Assembly (NCBI GenBank): GCA_963422735.1
Contig: OY730476.1
Coordinates: 704,001-768,000, forward strand
Source: Candidatus Latescibacterota bacterium
GTDB lineage: Bacteria > Latescibacterota > UBA2968 > UBA8231
Direction: 5' to 3'
DNA length: 64,000 bases
Below, piece after piece: positions 47,365 to 56,109 of the stretch (position 1 is its first letter; each line of letters begins with the position of its first letter). A program made the position numbers and the translations under genes. The notes beneath the pieces were generated by a model. It saw only the letters and a program-made list of their open reading frames with translations, was not told the DNA's origin and did not search any database.

Positions 47365-49707
47365 TTAGAGCGTCCGCTCGGTCTCGACTACAACCAAGGA
47401 CTCGACAATGTCACCTTCTGCGATGTCGTCGAATCCCGCAAACCCCATGCCGCACTCAAAGCCTTCGAGGACCTCTCGCACGTCGTCCTTGAACCGCCGC
47501 AACGAAGTAAGCTCCCCGGTAAAGACGACTTGATCACCGCGCAAAATCCGCACCTGATTGCTGCGGGCAATGGTGCCGTCTTGCACCAAACAACCGCCGA
47601 TCGTCCCCATGCGGGACGAGGTAAAGATCTGACGGATTTCGGCCCGGCCAACCACCTGTTCTTCGGTCGTCGGGGCCAAAAGGCCAGCTAAGGCGGCCCG
47701 CACATCCTCGATGACCTCGTAGATGATTCGGTAGTTGCGAATTTCCACTCCCTCCTGTGCGGCGAGGTCGCGGACAGAAGGTTGGGTATTTACGTGGAAA
47801 CCGAGCAAAATGGCACTAGAGGCCGCCGCCAACAGCACATCCGATTCCGAGATGGCCCCCACTGCGCTGTGAATGACGTTGACCCGCACTTCCTCGTGGG
47901 TTATGCGGCCCAACTCTTCTGCGATGGCCTCGACCGATCCATCAACATCGCCTTTAACTATCACCCGCAGATCTTGGATGTGGCCCTGCTGGATTTGATC
48001 GTGTAAATCGCTGAGCGTGACCGTGTGCAGCTTGCGGTGATCCTGCTCGCGCTTGATGAGCTGCCGCCGCTGGCTCAGTTCCTTGGCTTCGCGCTCGGAA
48101 TTGGCAACGGCGAAAATATCTCCAGCTTGCGGGACCCCGGGCAACCCGAGCACTTGGACGGGTACCGAGGGCTTGGCTTCTTGGACGCGCTGGCCATGCT
48201 CGTCGAGAAGGGCGCGAACCCTGCCGCTATAGACTCCGGTAATAAAAGGCTCGCCGACGCGGAGCGTACCTTCTTGCACCAAGACCGTGGCCACGGGACC
48301 CCGCCCCTTGTCGAGGTGGGCTTCGACGATCGTCCCACGAGCTTTCTTATAAGGGTTGGCCTGCAACTCGAGCAACTCAGCCACAATAAGGAGAATTTCC
48401 AGCAAGTGGTCTATACCCTGTCCAGTCTTGGCAGAAATTTCGGCACAGGGAATCTGTCCTCCCCACTCTTCGACTAAGACCCCTCTTTCTGCCAACTCCC
48501 GCTTGATCTTGTCTGGGTCGGCCGTAGATAAATCTATTTTGTTAATCGCGACGACTAAAGGAACCTGCGCGGCCTTGGCGTGGTCGATCGCTTCAATGGT
48601 TTGCGGCATGACGCTGTCGTCGGCCGCGGCGACCAAGATCACAATGTCGGTTACCCTCGAACCGCGAGCCCGCATCGCCGTAAAGGCCGCATGCCCTGGG
48701 GTGTCGAGGAACGTCACGCCGCGACCGTCTTCCATGTTGATCACGTACGCCCCAATGTGCTGGGTAATGCCTCCAGACTCGCCTTCGGCCACCTTGCTTT
48801 CGCGCAAGTAGTCGAGCAACGAGGTCTTGCCATGATCGACGTGGCCCATGACGGTGATGACCGGCGGACGAGGCTCAGATTCGCCGATTTCTTCCTCCTC
48901 GACGATCTCATCCAACTCGGCTTCTTCAGCCTCCAGCGGGACCACTTCGCAACCCAACTCGTCGGCTAGCATCTGCATGGTGTCCATATCGAGGCGTTGA
49001 TTGATGGTCGCCATGGCACCCATCTGCAGGCACAGGGCGATCACTTCGCTGACCTTGACGCCGAGTTGTTCAGCAAATTCGCCAAGTGTGATAAACTCGC
49101 TGACCTTGATCTGGCGGAACTGGCCGTCTTCTCCGGCATCGTCTTCGCGCGGTCCGCGCTCGTAGCGACGGCGCACCCGGCCTTCGTTGAGTTGACTCAA
49201 GGTCCGCCGTACGCTTTCTTGGACCTCCTTGGCATCTGGCGTTCCTTTGCGCCGCTTCCCCCGCCGACGCTTTGTAGGCACCCCGGACAAGTTGGCTTGA
49301 GCGGTTACTTCCCGCTTTTCGCCCAATCCCTCGCGGGTGCTTTCCAATCCTTCTTGGCCCTTGCCACGGCGGCGGCCGCGACGACGACCTCCCTCGGCCT
49401 TGTCGGGCAGCGGCGCGGTGCGCTCTCCGGTGCTCTTCTTGCGGGTCCCCGGACCCTTTTCGCGGCGCTTTGGCCGAGGCCCATCGGCCTGTTTGCGGCT
49501 ATCCTCTTTGGCCTTCTGCCGCTTTACTTCCTCTATCGAGCTCTTCTTCTCTTCAGCCAGCTTGCGGTTGATGGCCTCCAGCATCTCGGGCGTAACTACG
49601 CTCATATGGCTTCTTACTTCCATATCCATGCCTTTGAGCATAGATATAAGCGCATCGCTGGACAGCTTCTGTTCTTTGGCTACCTGATAAACCCGACGCT
49701 TTTCCAA
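47365..49707 (-). CDS. infB: Translation initiation factor IF-2
   Basis: GHVDHGKTSLLD, GGITQHIG and DTPGHAAF. Confidence 0.96.
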   Translation of the reverse strand: MEKRRVYQVAKEQKLSSDALISMLKGMDMEVRSHMSVVTPEMLEAINRKLAEEKKSSIEEVKRQKAKEDSRKQADGPRPKRREKGPGTRKKSTGERTAPLPDKAEGGRRRGRRRGKGQEGLESTREGLGEKREVTAQANLSGVPTKRRRGKRRKGTPDAKEVQESVRRTLSQLNEGRVRRRYERGPREDDAGEDGQFRQIKVSEFITLGEFAEQLGVKVSEVIALCLQMGAMATINQRLDMDTMQMLADELGCEVVPLEAEEAELDEIVEEEEIGESEPRPPVITVMGHVDHGKTSLLDYLRESKVAEGESGGITQHIGAYVINMEDGRGVTFLDTPGHAAFTAMRARGSRVTDIVILVAAADDSVMPQTIEAIDHAKAAQVPLVVAINKIDLSTADPDKIKRELAERGVLVEEWGGQIPCAEISAKTGQGIDHLLEILLIVAELLELQANPYKKARGTIVEAHLDKGRGPVATVLVQEGTLRVGEPFITGVYSGRVRALLDEHGQRVQEAKPSVPVQVLGLPGVPQAGDIFAVANSEREAKELSQRRQLIKREQDHRKLHTVTLSDLHDQIQQGHIQDLRVIVKGDVDGSVEAIAEELGRITHEEVRVNVIHSAVGAISESDVLLAAASSAILLGFHVNTQPSVRDLAAQEGVEIRNYRIIYEVIEDVRAALAGLLAPTTEEQVVGRAEIRQIFTSSRMGTIGGCLVQDGTIARSNQVRILRGDQVVFTGELTSLRRFKDDVREVLEGFECGMGFAGFDDIAEGDIVESLVVVETERTL

Positions 49708-49721
49708 AACTATTCCCTCAG

Positions 49722-51113
49722 CTACTCGGCCCTTTGGTCTGCTTCATCTTCTCCACTCGTCCCCGCAGCGGGCGCGGCGAGCGTTTCTTCCCCTTCTTGC
49801 TCAGCCGCCTCTGCCTCCTCGGCAGCGATCAATGCCTCGATATCGACCTCCCCGCGTTCGGCAAGATACGCTGCTGCTGCCGCCTTTACCCCCTGGGCGG
49901 TTTCGGCCTGTTCTAAGCCTGGCACGGTCTGCAATAGTTCCGAATCGGCCTCGACGACCGAGGCAATAGAGTCGAAACCGGATGTGGTCAAACTCAGGGC
50001 AATCAGTTCGCTAATACCATCTATCTGGCGAAGTACCTGCTGGTACTTCTCCTGCTTGGCACGGCGCTCTTGGTATTGCTCATCGGTGATGATATCGAGA
50101 CCCCAACCTGTGAGTTGGCTAGCTAGTTTGGTATTTTGGCCACCCTTGCCAATGGCCAGCGATAGCTGCTCCTCTTCGACTATCGCGACGGCGTGCCGGC
50201 GGCGCGAATCCGTGATGCAGCGCACCACAGTGGCCGGGCTTAGCGCCCGGCCTATGAATATATCCGGCTCGTCGATCCAAGGAACGATATCTATGCGCTC
50301 GCCGCTCAATTCTCTGACGATGGCTTGGACTCGCGATCCTTTCACCCCGACACAGGCCCCCACTGGATCGACGCGTTCATCGCTGCTGCTGACCGCGATC
50401 TTTGCCCGCTCGCCCGGCTCGCGGGCCACGCCGTGAATATCGACGATGCCCTCGGCGATCTCCGGCACTTCTGTGGCAAAGAGCTTCCTGAGGAATTCGG
50501 GCCGGGTGCGGGAGAGCAAGACCTGAGGCCCCCGGCTCGACTTGAGCACCTCGTATATATAGCCCCGCACGGCATCGCCTTGGCGGTAGCGCTCGCGGCG
50601 GATTTGCTCTTTGTATGGAACAGCCGCCTCGGCCCGACCAAGGTTGAGGATGATGTCGCCATGGCTGATCTGCTGTACGGTACCGGATTCGACGAGGCCG
50701 ACCCGGCCGATGAATTCGTTGTATATTCGCTCGCGCTCGGCTTCGCGGACCCGCTGAATGAGAATTTGTTTTGCGGTCTGTATGGCGTTGCGGCCAAAGT
50801 CGGCGAAATTGAGTTGCTGCACTAGCACGGAGCCTAGCTGGGCATGGGGGTCGATGTCGCGGGCGTCGGCGAGGAGAATCTCCATGGACGGCTCAACGAC
50901 TTCTTCGACGACGGTCTTGCGGGCGTACACGGCCATCTTGCCTTGGGCCGCGTCGATGTCAACTTCGTAGTTCTCGGTATTGCCGTAGTGCCTTTTAGCG
51001 GCTGAAATCAGGGCGTCGGCGAGGGTCTGCACCACCAGTTCCCGGTCGACGTTTTTTTCGCGGGCAATCTGCCCCAAGGCTTCGACAATGTTCGCGTTAT
51101 TCATTTTGCTCAA
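49722..51113 (-). CDS. nusA: Transcription termination factor NusA
   Basis: FGRNAIQTAKQ, AREPGERAK, DPVGACVG and SLAIGKGGQN. Confidence 0.95.
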   Translation of the reverse strand: MSKMNNANIVEALGQIAREKNVDRELVVQTLADALISAAKRHYGNTENYEVDIDAAQGKMAVYARKTVVEEVVEPSMEILLADARDIDPHAQLGSVLVQQLNFADFGRNAIQTAKQILIQRVREAERERIYNEFIGRVGLVESGTVQQISHGDIILNLGRAEAAVPYKEQIRRERYRQGDAVRGYIYEVLKSSRGPQVLLSRTRPEFLRKLFATEVPEIAEGIVDIHGVAREPGERAKIAVSSSDERVDPVGACVGVKGSRVQAIVRELSGERIDIVPWIDEPDIFIGRALSPATVVRCITDSRRRHAVAIVEEEQLSLAIGKGGQNTKLASQLTGWGLDIITDEQYQERRAKQEKYQQVLRQIDGISELIALSLTTSGFDSIASVVEADSELLQTVPGLEQAETAQGVKAAAAAYLAERGEVDIEALIAAEEAEAAEQEGEETLAAPAAGTSGEDEADQRAE

Positions 51114-51130
51114 CCTTTACTACTTACAAT

Positions 51131-51583
51131 TTACAATTCTGGTTCGATGTTGGCTTTAGCAATATCGGCCCGCGCCACGGACTCGGCTGGGCTTTCGAGC
51201 TGAACCTGGTCGGCTTCCCAAGCGATCAGCCGGCCTTTGACAACTCGGCCGGACGTGAGCACGACTTTAAGCAAACGGCCACGGGCGCGGGTGAAATCCC
51301 CATCGGTCTTTAGGGGCCGGTCCAATCCTGGCGAGGTAACTTCGAGTCGATACCGTCCGGCAATGGGATCTTCTATGTCGAAAAGATCGGCCACTTCGCG
51401 ACTGATCGACTCGCAGGTGGCCAGTGTTATACCACAATTTTTGTGAACCAATAATCTGACTAGTTGACTGCCTTGGGCACCGCTGAGTTCGATATCGACG
51501 AGCTCGGCCTCGTGCTCGTGAATAATGGGTTCGACAAAAGCGGCTATATCGGCCTTTAATGCGAATTTATCTATGGCGGAAAT
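51131..51583 (-). CDS. rimP: Ribosome maturation factor RimP (apparent non-canonical ATT start)
   Basis: LEVTSPGLDRPL; frame extends upstream through ELVDIEL without ATG/GTG; SD AAGGGG 9 nt before ATT 51583. Confidence 0.85.
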   Translation of the reverse strand: MSAIDKFALKADIAAFVEPIIHEHEAELVDIELSGAQGSQLVRLLVHKNCGITLATCESISREVADLFDIEDPIAGRYRLEVTSPGLDRPLKTDGDFTRARGRLLKVVLTSGRVVKGRLIAWEADQVQLESPAESVARADIAKANIEPEL

Positions 51584-51601
51584 ACGCGCTTTCCCCTTAA
51601 A

Positions 51602-51627
51602 GAAAAAAGTGGGCTATGACGCCCACT
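51602..51627 (-). promoter_or_regulatory. rimP-leader hairpin/attenuator
   Basis: AGTGGGC-GTCATA-GCCCACT-TTTTT on the minus strand, matching the conserved GGGC..GCCC hairpin upstream of rimP. Confidence 0.65.
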
Positions 51628-51696
51628 GGGATTATAAAATATGGGATTGTATTGATTTAGGCAAGACGACTTAACAGTCCTAGCCAAATGCCAACG

Positions 51697-52119
51697 CTAG
51701 AGGAGGCGCAAAATTTCGCGCAACTCCTTTTTGGCTTCTTCGATCATTCTGAATGCGGCCTCCCGGTCCTGTGCAGATTTGCGGTTAGTCCGCTCCGGTG
51801 CTGCAGCGGGCCTGCTCTGCTGTTTAGCGCGCAAAACAGGGACTTGTTCCCCAACCTGGCACAGGAGCACGGGTTCGTCTTTGAGCTTCTTCTTTACGCC
51901 CTGCGTCGTGTAGCACTCCTCGTGGAGGAGGCGTTTGAGCAACAAGATGATCCCTATATCGCGCTCCCTATAGGCTCTGTTTTTACCACCGCGCGCACGG
52001 CGCGGCCGCAAACAGGAGAATTCCTTCTCCCATGCCCTAAGCGTATAGGGTTGTAGCTGTGTGAGTTCTGCGACTTCGCTAATGCTGTAATACAGCTTGT
52101 TTTGCAACGGATTCTTCAC
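51697..52119 (-). CDS. MerR-family HTH regulator
   Basis: KLYYSISEVAE..LRAWEKEF..R.Y. Confidence 0.85.
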   Translation of the reverse strand: MKNPLQNKLYYSISEVAELTQLQPYTLRAWEKEFSCLRPRRARGGKNRAYRERDIGIILLLKRLLHEECYTTQGVKKKLKDEPVLLCQVGEQVPVLRAKQQSRPAAAPERTNRKSAQDREAAFRMIEEAKKELREILRLL

Positions 52120-53471
52120 GATCGCACTTCTCTGTATCCTTTGCGCCGACGCCAGACAATGCGCAAGGGCGTTCCCTCGAAATCAAACTCCGACCTCAGT
52201 CGACTTTCGATGTGGCGTCGATAATTGCCCGGCACGGAGCGAGGCAGATTCGTAAAGATCGTAAACGCTGGCGGATTGATCGCGTGTTGGGTGGCGTAGA
52301 GCAGGCGGATGTCTCGGCCATCTTGAGTCGCCAAGTACTCGCCGGAGAGTTTCTGAATAATCTTGTTCAAGCGCGCAGTGGGAATCCGCGTCCGGCGCTT
52401 GTTGCCCACCACGGCTACCACTTCGAGACACTTGTGAACCCGCCGTCCGGTCAAGCCCGATATGCACAGCACTGGATAGTCGCGCAAAAAGGGATAGCGG
52501 TCGCGTAGCTCGCGGCGGTACTCAGCTGCGGTTTTCTCGGCGACTAAGTCCCATTTATTGATCGCCACCACTAAGCCGCATCCAGATTTTATCACCTGTT
52601 CCATGATGCGGGCGTCCTGCATGACCCATCCCTCGGCACTGTCTAGGAGCACGACCGCCACATCGGCTTGGACGATGCTGTTGGCCGCCCGGCGCGTGCT
52701 GTAGAATTCCACCGGATCATCGACCTTAGATCGCCTCCGCAAACCGGCCGTGTCCACGAACAGCAGGTGGTTATCCTGCCAAACCAAGCGCAGTTGGGTT
52801 GGGTCTCGGGTCGTACCGGGCCGTTCGTGAACGATGGAAACCTGATAGCCTGCGAGGCGGTTGATCAGCGTGGATTTGCCCACATTGGGCCGCCCGACCA
52901 AAGCGACCCGGATCGCCTCTTCATCCCATTCCGGCTCATAAGCCCCAGCCTCGTCGAAGAGCGCAATGAGCGCGTCGAGTAAATCGCCGGATCGCCGCCC
53001 GGTAACGGCTGAAACCGGCAGGGGATCCCCCAAGCCGAGCCGGTAGAATTCGTCGAGCGAAGCGACCGGCCCCACCCCATCAACCTTGTTGACGGCCAGC
53101 AAGCACTTCCCACTCCCACTGCGCAGCATGGCCCCCATCTCTTGGTCGAGATCGGTCACACCCGTGCTCCCATCGCAGAGAAAAATGGCTATATCTGCTT
53201 CTGCCAATGCCTTTGCCGCTTGGGAGCGCACGGCCGCGGTTAGCGCATCTTTGGCTCTGGGCATATAGCCTCCGGTATCGACCAAAGTGAAGGAGCGCCC
53301 TCCCCACTCAGCCGCGGCAAATATCTGATCGCGCGTGACCCCGGGCTGGCCATCGGTTATGGCCCATCGAGTCCCCAAGATGCGATTGAAAAGGGTCGAT
53401 TTGCCCACGTTGGGCCGACCAACAATCGCCACGATGGGTCGGCGATGGCTCTCGACGGTTTGGGTACTCAT
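52116..53471 (-). CDS. der: Ribosome biogenesis GTPase Der
   Basis: Two GRPNVGKST G-domains; FDFEGTPL. Confidence 0.95.
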   Translation of the reverse strand: MSTQTVESHRRPIVAIVGRPNVGKSTLFNRILGTRWAITDGQPGVTRDQIFAAAEWGGRSFTLVDTGGYMPRAKDALTAAVRSQAAKALAEADIAIFLCDGSTGVTDLDQEMGAMLRSGSGKCLLAVNKVDGVGPVASLDEFYRLGLGDPLPVSAVTGRRSGDLLDALIALFDEAGAYEPEWDEEAIRVALVGRPNVGKSTLINRLAGYQVSIVHERPGTTRDPTQLRLVWQDNHLLFVDTAGLRRRSKVDDPVEFYSTRRAANSIVQADVAVVLLDSAEGWVMQDARIMEQVIKSGCGLVVAINKWDLVAEKTAAEYRRELRDRYPFLRDYPVLCISGLTGRRVHKCLEVVAVVGNKRRTRIPTARLNKIIQKLSGEYLATQDGRDIRLLYATQHAINPPAFTIFTNLPRSVPGNYRRHIESRLRSEFDFEGTPLRIVWRRRKGYREVRS

Positions 53472-54826
53472 TTTTCGCGCCCTATGTAATAACCCAGCTC
53501 GGTTAGCTGCCGCCCTTCCCCCTGTACTTTCACATGCTGATCGGTCCAAAAGCGCTCAAACGATCCGACTAAGTCGTACCCCCCTACCGCAAGGGGGACG
53601 CCGACCTTTTCCGCGAGTTGGAGCACGGTCATGTCGTCTAGCGTCAAGCCCTCGCCATTGACGCAATTGGGCGGCAGCAAGACCAAATCTCGCTGGATTC
53701 CATCGCGCACTCTCGCCGCTATATCGCGGCCGGTTAACAGGCCCGATACAGTGATGCCGCGGCCGAAAAAGTCGTTATCTACCGGCAGGAGATCGACCTG
53801 TACGTTCTCGATAGCATTCAGCCTAGCCACTAGGGGCACGAGGATTGGCTCGGCCAAGCGCCCGGTCAGCAGGCCGACCCGCACGGCCTCGGCAGTGCGC
53901 CCGGGCAGCCTCTTTTTGGCCTCGTCCCAAGTGTCGAGGAAGGAGCGGACCATGCCGATGCCGTTTTCTAGCTGGGGAAACGCATCGTAATACGGTGCCT
54001 CTGGCAGAGGCCGGCCCGTCAGCAGAAAGATCTCGTCAGCCGCATAGACGAACCGCTCGCCAAAGCGAGCTTTGAATTGCAAACCCCACGCTTCGGCTGC
54101 GGCCGCGTACTCAGCGGCCCTAGCCGGGGTCACCGGATCGAGTTGGACGAGCTTGTGCCGATGATCGGTCAGCCCCACGGGCACGAGTGCCACCGAGCGG
54201 ACCGCGGGATAGTAAGTGGATAAATCGGCCACCGTGCGCTCTAGGTGCGGCCCGTCGTTCCAGCCCGGGCAGAGCACAACCTGGGTGTGCATTTCAATGC
54301 CGTTGGCAGCTAGTTTGCGCAAGCGCTCGTTGATATCGACGGTCGCTTTCGTGCGGCCGAGCATGACTTGCCTCAGCTCGGGGTCGGTGGCGTGGACTGA
54401 GATGTATTGCGGTGTTAGCCCTTGTTCAATGATGCGGTCGATATCGCTTTCGCGGACATTGGTCAGGGTTACGTACGAGCCGTGGAGAAAGGAGAGCCGA
54501 AAATCGTCGTCCTCAAAATACAGGCTGCGCCGCATGCCCTTGGGCATTTGGTGGATAAAGCAGAAGACGCATTTGTTGTTGCAGCTACGCAAGCGCATAT
54601 CCTCGAAGACGAGCCCTAGGGACTCGCCGCTCCGACGCTCAATCTCGGCCTCGTACAGGTCTTTGCCGCGCTCGATTTCTACGCAGATCACTTCCTCGGC
54701 GCTGTTGACCTGAACGTCGATCAAATCGCGCACTTCTTCGCCATTGATGCGCAAAATGCGATCGCCAATGCAAAATCCCGCACGCGCGCCGAGGCTGTCG
54801 GGTTCAATCTGTTTTACGACGACCAT
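53468..54826 (-). CDS. PDZ / radical-SAM-like DUF512 protein
   Basis: CNNKCVFCF, DDDFRLSFL.G and QLENGIG; adjacent to der. Confidence 0.88.
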   Translation of the reverse strand: MVVVKQIEPDSLGARAGFCIGDRILRINGEEVRDLIDVQVNSAEEVICVEIERGKDLYEAEIERRSGESLGLVFEDMRLRSCNNKCVFCFIHQMPKGMRRSLYFEDDDFRLSFLHGSYVTLTNVRESDIDRIIEQGLTPQYISVHATDPELRQVMLGRTKATVDINERLRKLAANGIEMHTQVVLCPGWNDGPHLERTVADLSTYYPAVRSVALVPVGLTDHRHKLVQLDPVTPARAAEYAAAAEAWGLQFKARFGERFVYAADEIFLLTGRPLPEAPYYDAFPQLENGIGMVRSFLDTWDEAKKRLPGRTAEAVRVGLLTGRLAEPILVPLVARLNAIENVQVDLLPVDNDFFGRGITVSGLLTGRDIAARVRDGIQRDLVLLPPNCVNGEGLTLDDMTVLQLAEKVGVPLAVGGYDLVGSFERFWTDQHVKVQGEGRQLTELGYYIGREK

Positions 54827-54920
54827 AGCGAACTAAGCAATTAATCTACGTATCGTAATGTGGGGCAAGATGTTCTATCGGTAAAGGTATATGGATATTC
54901 CGCCGACGGCAATACCTTGG

Positions 54921-54961
54921 GAAAAATAAAAAATCCGCCTGACCGAGTTGGCCAGGCGGAT
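54921..54961 (-). terminator. Terminator after tRNA-Gly
   Basis: ATCCGCCTGGCC-AACTC-GGTCAGGCGGAT-TTTTT on the minus strand. Confidence 0.8.
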
Positions 54962-54963
54962 GA

Positions 54964-55038
54964 TGGAGCGGGAGACGGGAATCGAACCCGCGACATCAAG
55001 CTTGGGAAGCTTGCGCTCTACCCCTGAGCTACTCCCGC
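54964..55038 (-). tRNA. tRNA-Gly(CCC)
   Basis: GCGGGAG/CTCCCGC stem, CAAGC-TT-CCC-AA-GCTTG, TCCA end. Confidence 0.95.
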
Positions 55039-55078
55039 TAATTTTGTGGCCCTAAGGTAGGAGAGGCCCCAACCGCTG

Positions 55079-56029
55079 TCAACCCGGATCGCTCCCCCAT
55101 CTGTACTCCCACTCGCCGACGATGCGCTGGACGACACCGGCCTTTCCCCATACGTCGAGGTCTAATTCGCGCAAGCGGCGGTCGCGGCGGCACCACGTCA
55201 CTTGTCGTTTGGCCAAGTGACGGGTGCGCCGTTTGGTCCGCTCAACGGCCTCCTTCCAAGGGCAATGCCCTGCCAGCGCACTGCATATTTCGAGATAGCC
55301 CAACGTCCCCAAGGCACTGGCACCTGGATCGTATCCCATTTCGCGCAAGGCGCGGACTTCCTCGACCCATCCCCGCTCTATCATTTGCTCGACCCGCTGG
55401 TCGATCCGATCGTAGAGTCGACTGCGCGCCATGGTCAGGCTGATCGTTTGCGGCTGCCGCGCAAACGGCTGCCCCTTGCGCTCTCGCCATAGCTCGCTGA
55501 GGGTGCTCTTCCCACCTATGGCTACCTCCAAGGCCCGGAGGATCCGCTGCGTGTCTCCCGGCTGCAAACGCGCTTGCGCGATCGGATCCCGACAGCCCAA
55601 CTCATCGTATAGGGATGCAAGCCCTTCGCAATGCAGGCGATTTTTCAATTCAGCGCGGATCGGCGCGTATTCGGTCTCGTCCTCAAAACATCCGTCCAAT
55701 GCACTCTGCCAGTACAGGCCCGTTCCTCCAACCACTATGGGAAGGCCCCCTCTGTTCCAGATCTGCCCAATGATGTGCCTTGCAGCTCGAGCATACGCTC
55801 CCGCGCTATAGTTTTCCTCGGGACCGAGCACATCGAGCAAGTGATGGGTGCATTGGCTTTGCTGCTCAGCGGTTGGCTTGGCCGTGCCGATGTCCATGTA
55901 GCGGTAGATTTGCCGCGAGTCTGCCGAGATGATTTCCACTTTGGGCAAGTGCCGGGCCGCTTTGAGGGCTATTTCCGTTTTGCCGGTGGCCGTGGGGCCG
56001 GTGATCAGGATGAGAGGTTTGTTTAACAT
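55079..56029 (-). CDS. miaA: tRNA dimethylallyltransferase
   Basis: GPTATGKT, SADSRQIY..MDIGTAKP and GGTGLY. Confidence 0.95.
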   Translation of the reverse strand: MLNKPLILITGPTATGKTEIALKAARHLPKVEIISADSRQIYRYMDIGTAKPTAEQQSQCTHHLLDVLGPEENYSAGAYARAARHIIGQIWNRGGLPIVVGGTGLYWQSALDGCFEDETEYAPIRAELKNRLHCEGLASLYDELGCRDPIAQARLQPGDTQRILRALEVAIGGKSTLSELWRERKGQPFARQPQTISLTMARSRLYDRIDQRVEQMIERGWVEEVRALREMGYDPGASALGTLGYLEICSALAGHCPWKEAVERTKRRTRHLAKRQVTWCRRDRRLRELDLDVWGKAGVVQRIVGEWEYRWGSDPG

Positions 56030-56048
56030 ATTTTTAAATATAAATACA
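56021..56048 (-). repeat. dif-like site F: TGTATTTATAT-TTAAAA-ATATGTTAAAC
   Basis: Right arm matches 9/11 of the E. coli XerD arm TTATGTTAAAT and contains the miaA ATG; left arm more divergent. Confidence 0.55.
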
Positions 56049-56109
56049 ATTGAGGACCGTGGCGGTTTCTCTCTTTAATTCGGGGCAAAAGCGTCCCCTC
56101 GTGATGAGT

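Noticed and set aside
48997-50436. 479-aa plus-strand ORF, and other long antisense ORFs in the track
   Set aside because: Shadow frames of infB/nusA and other GC-rich genes.
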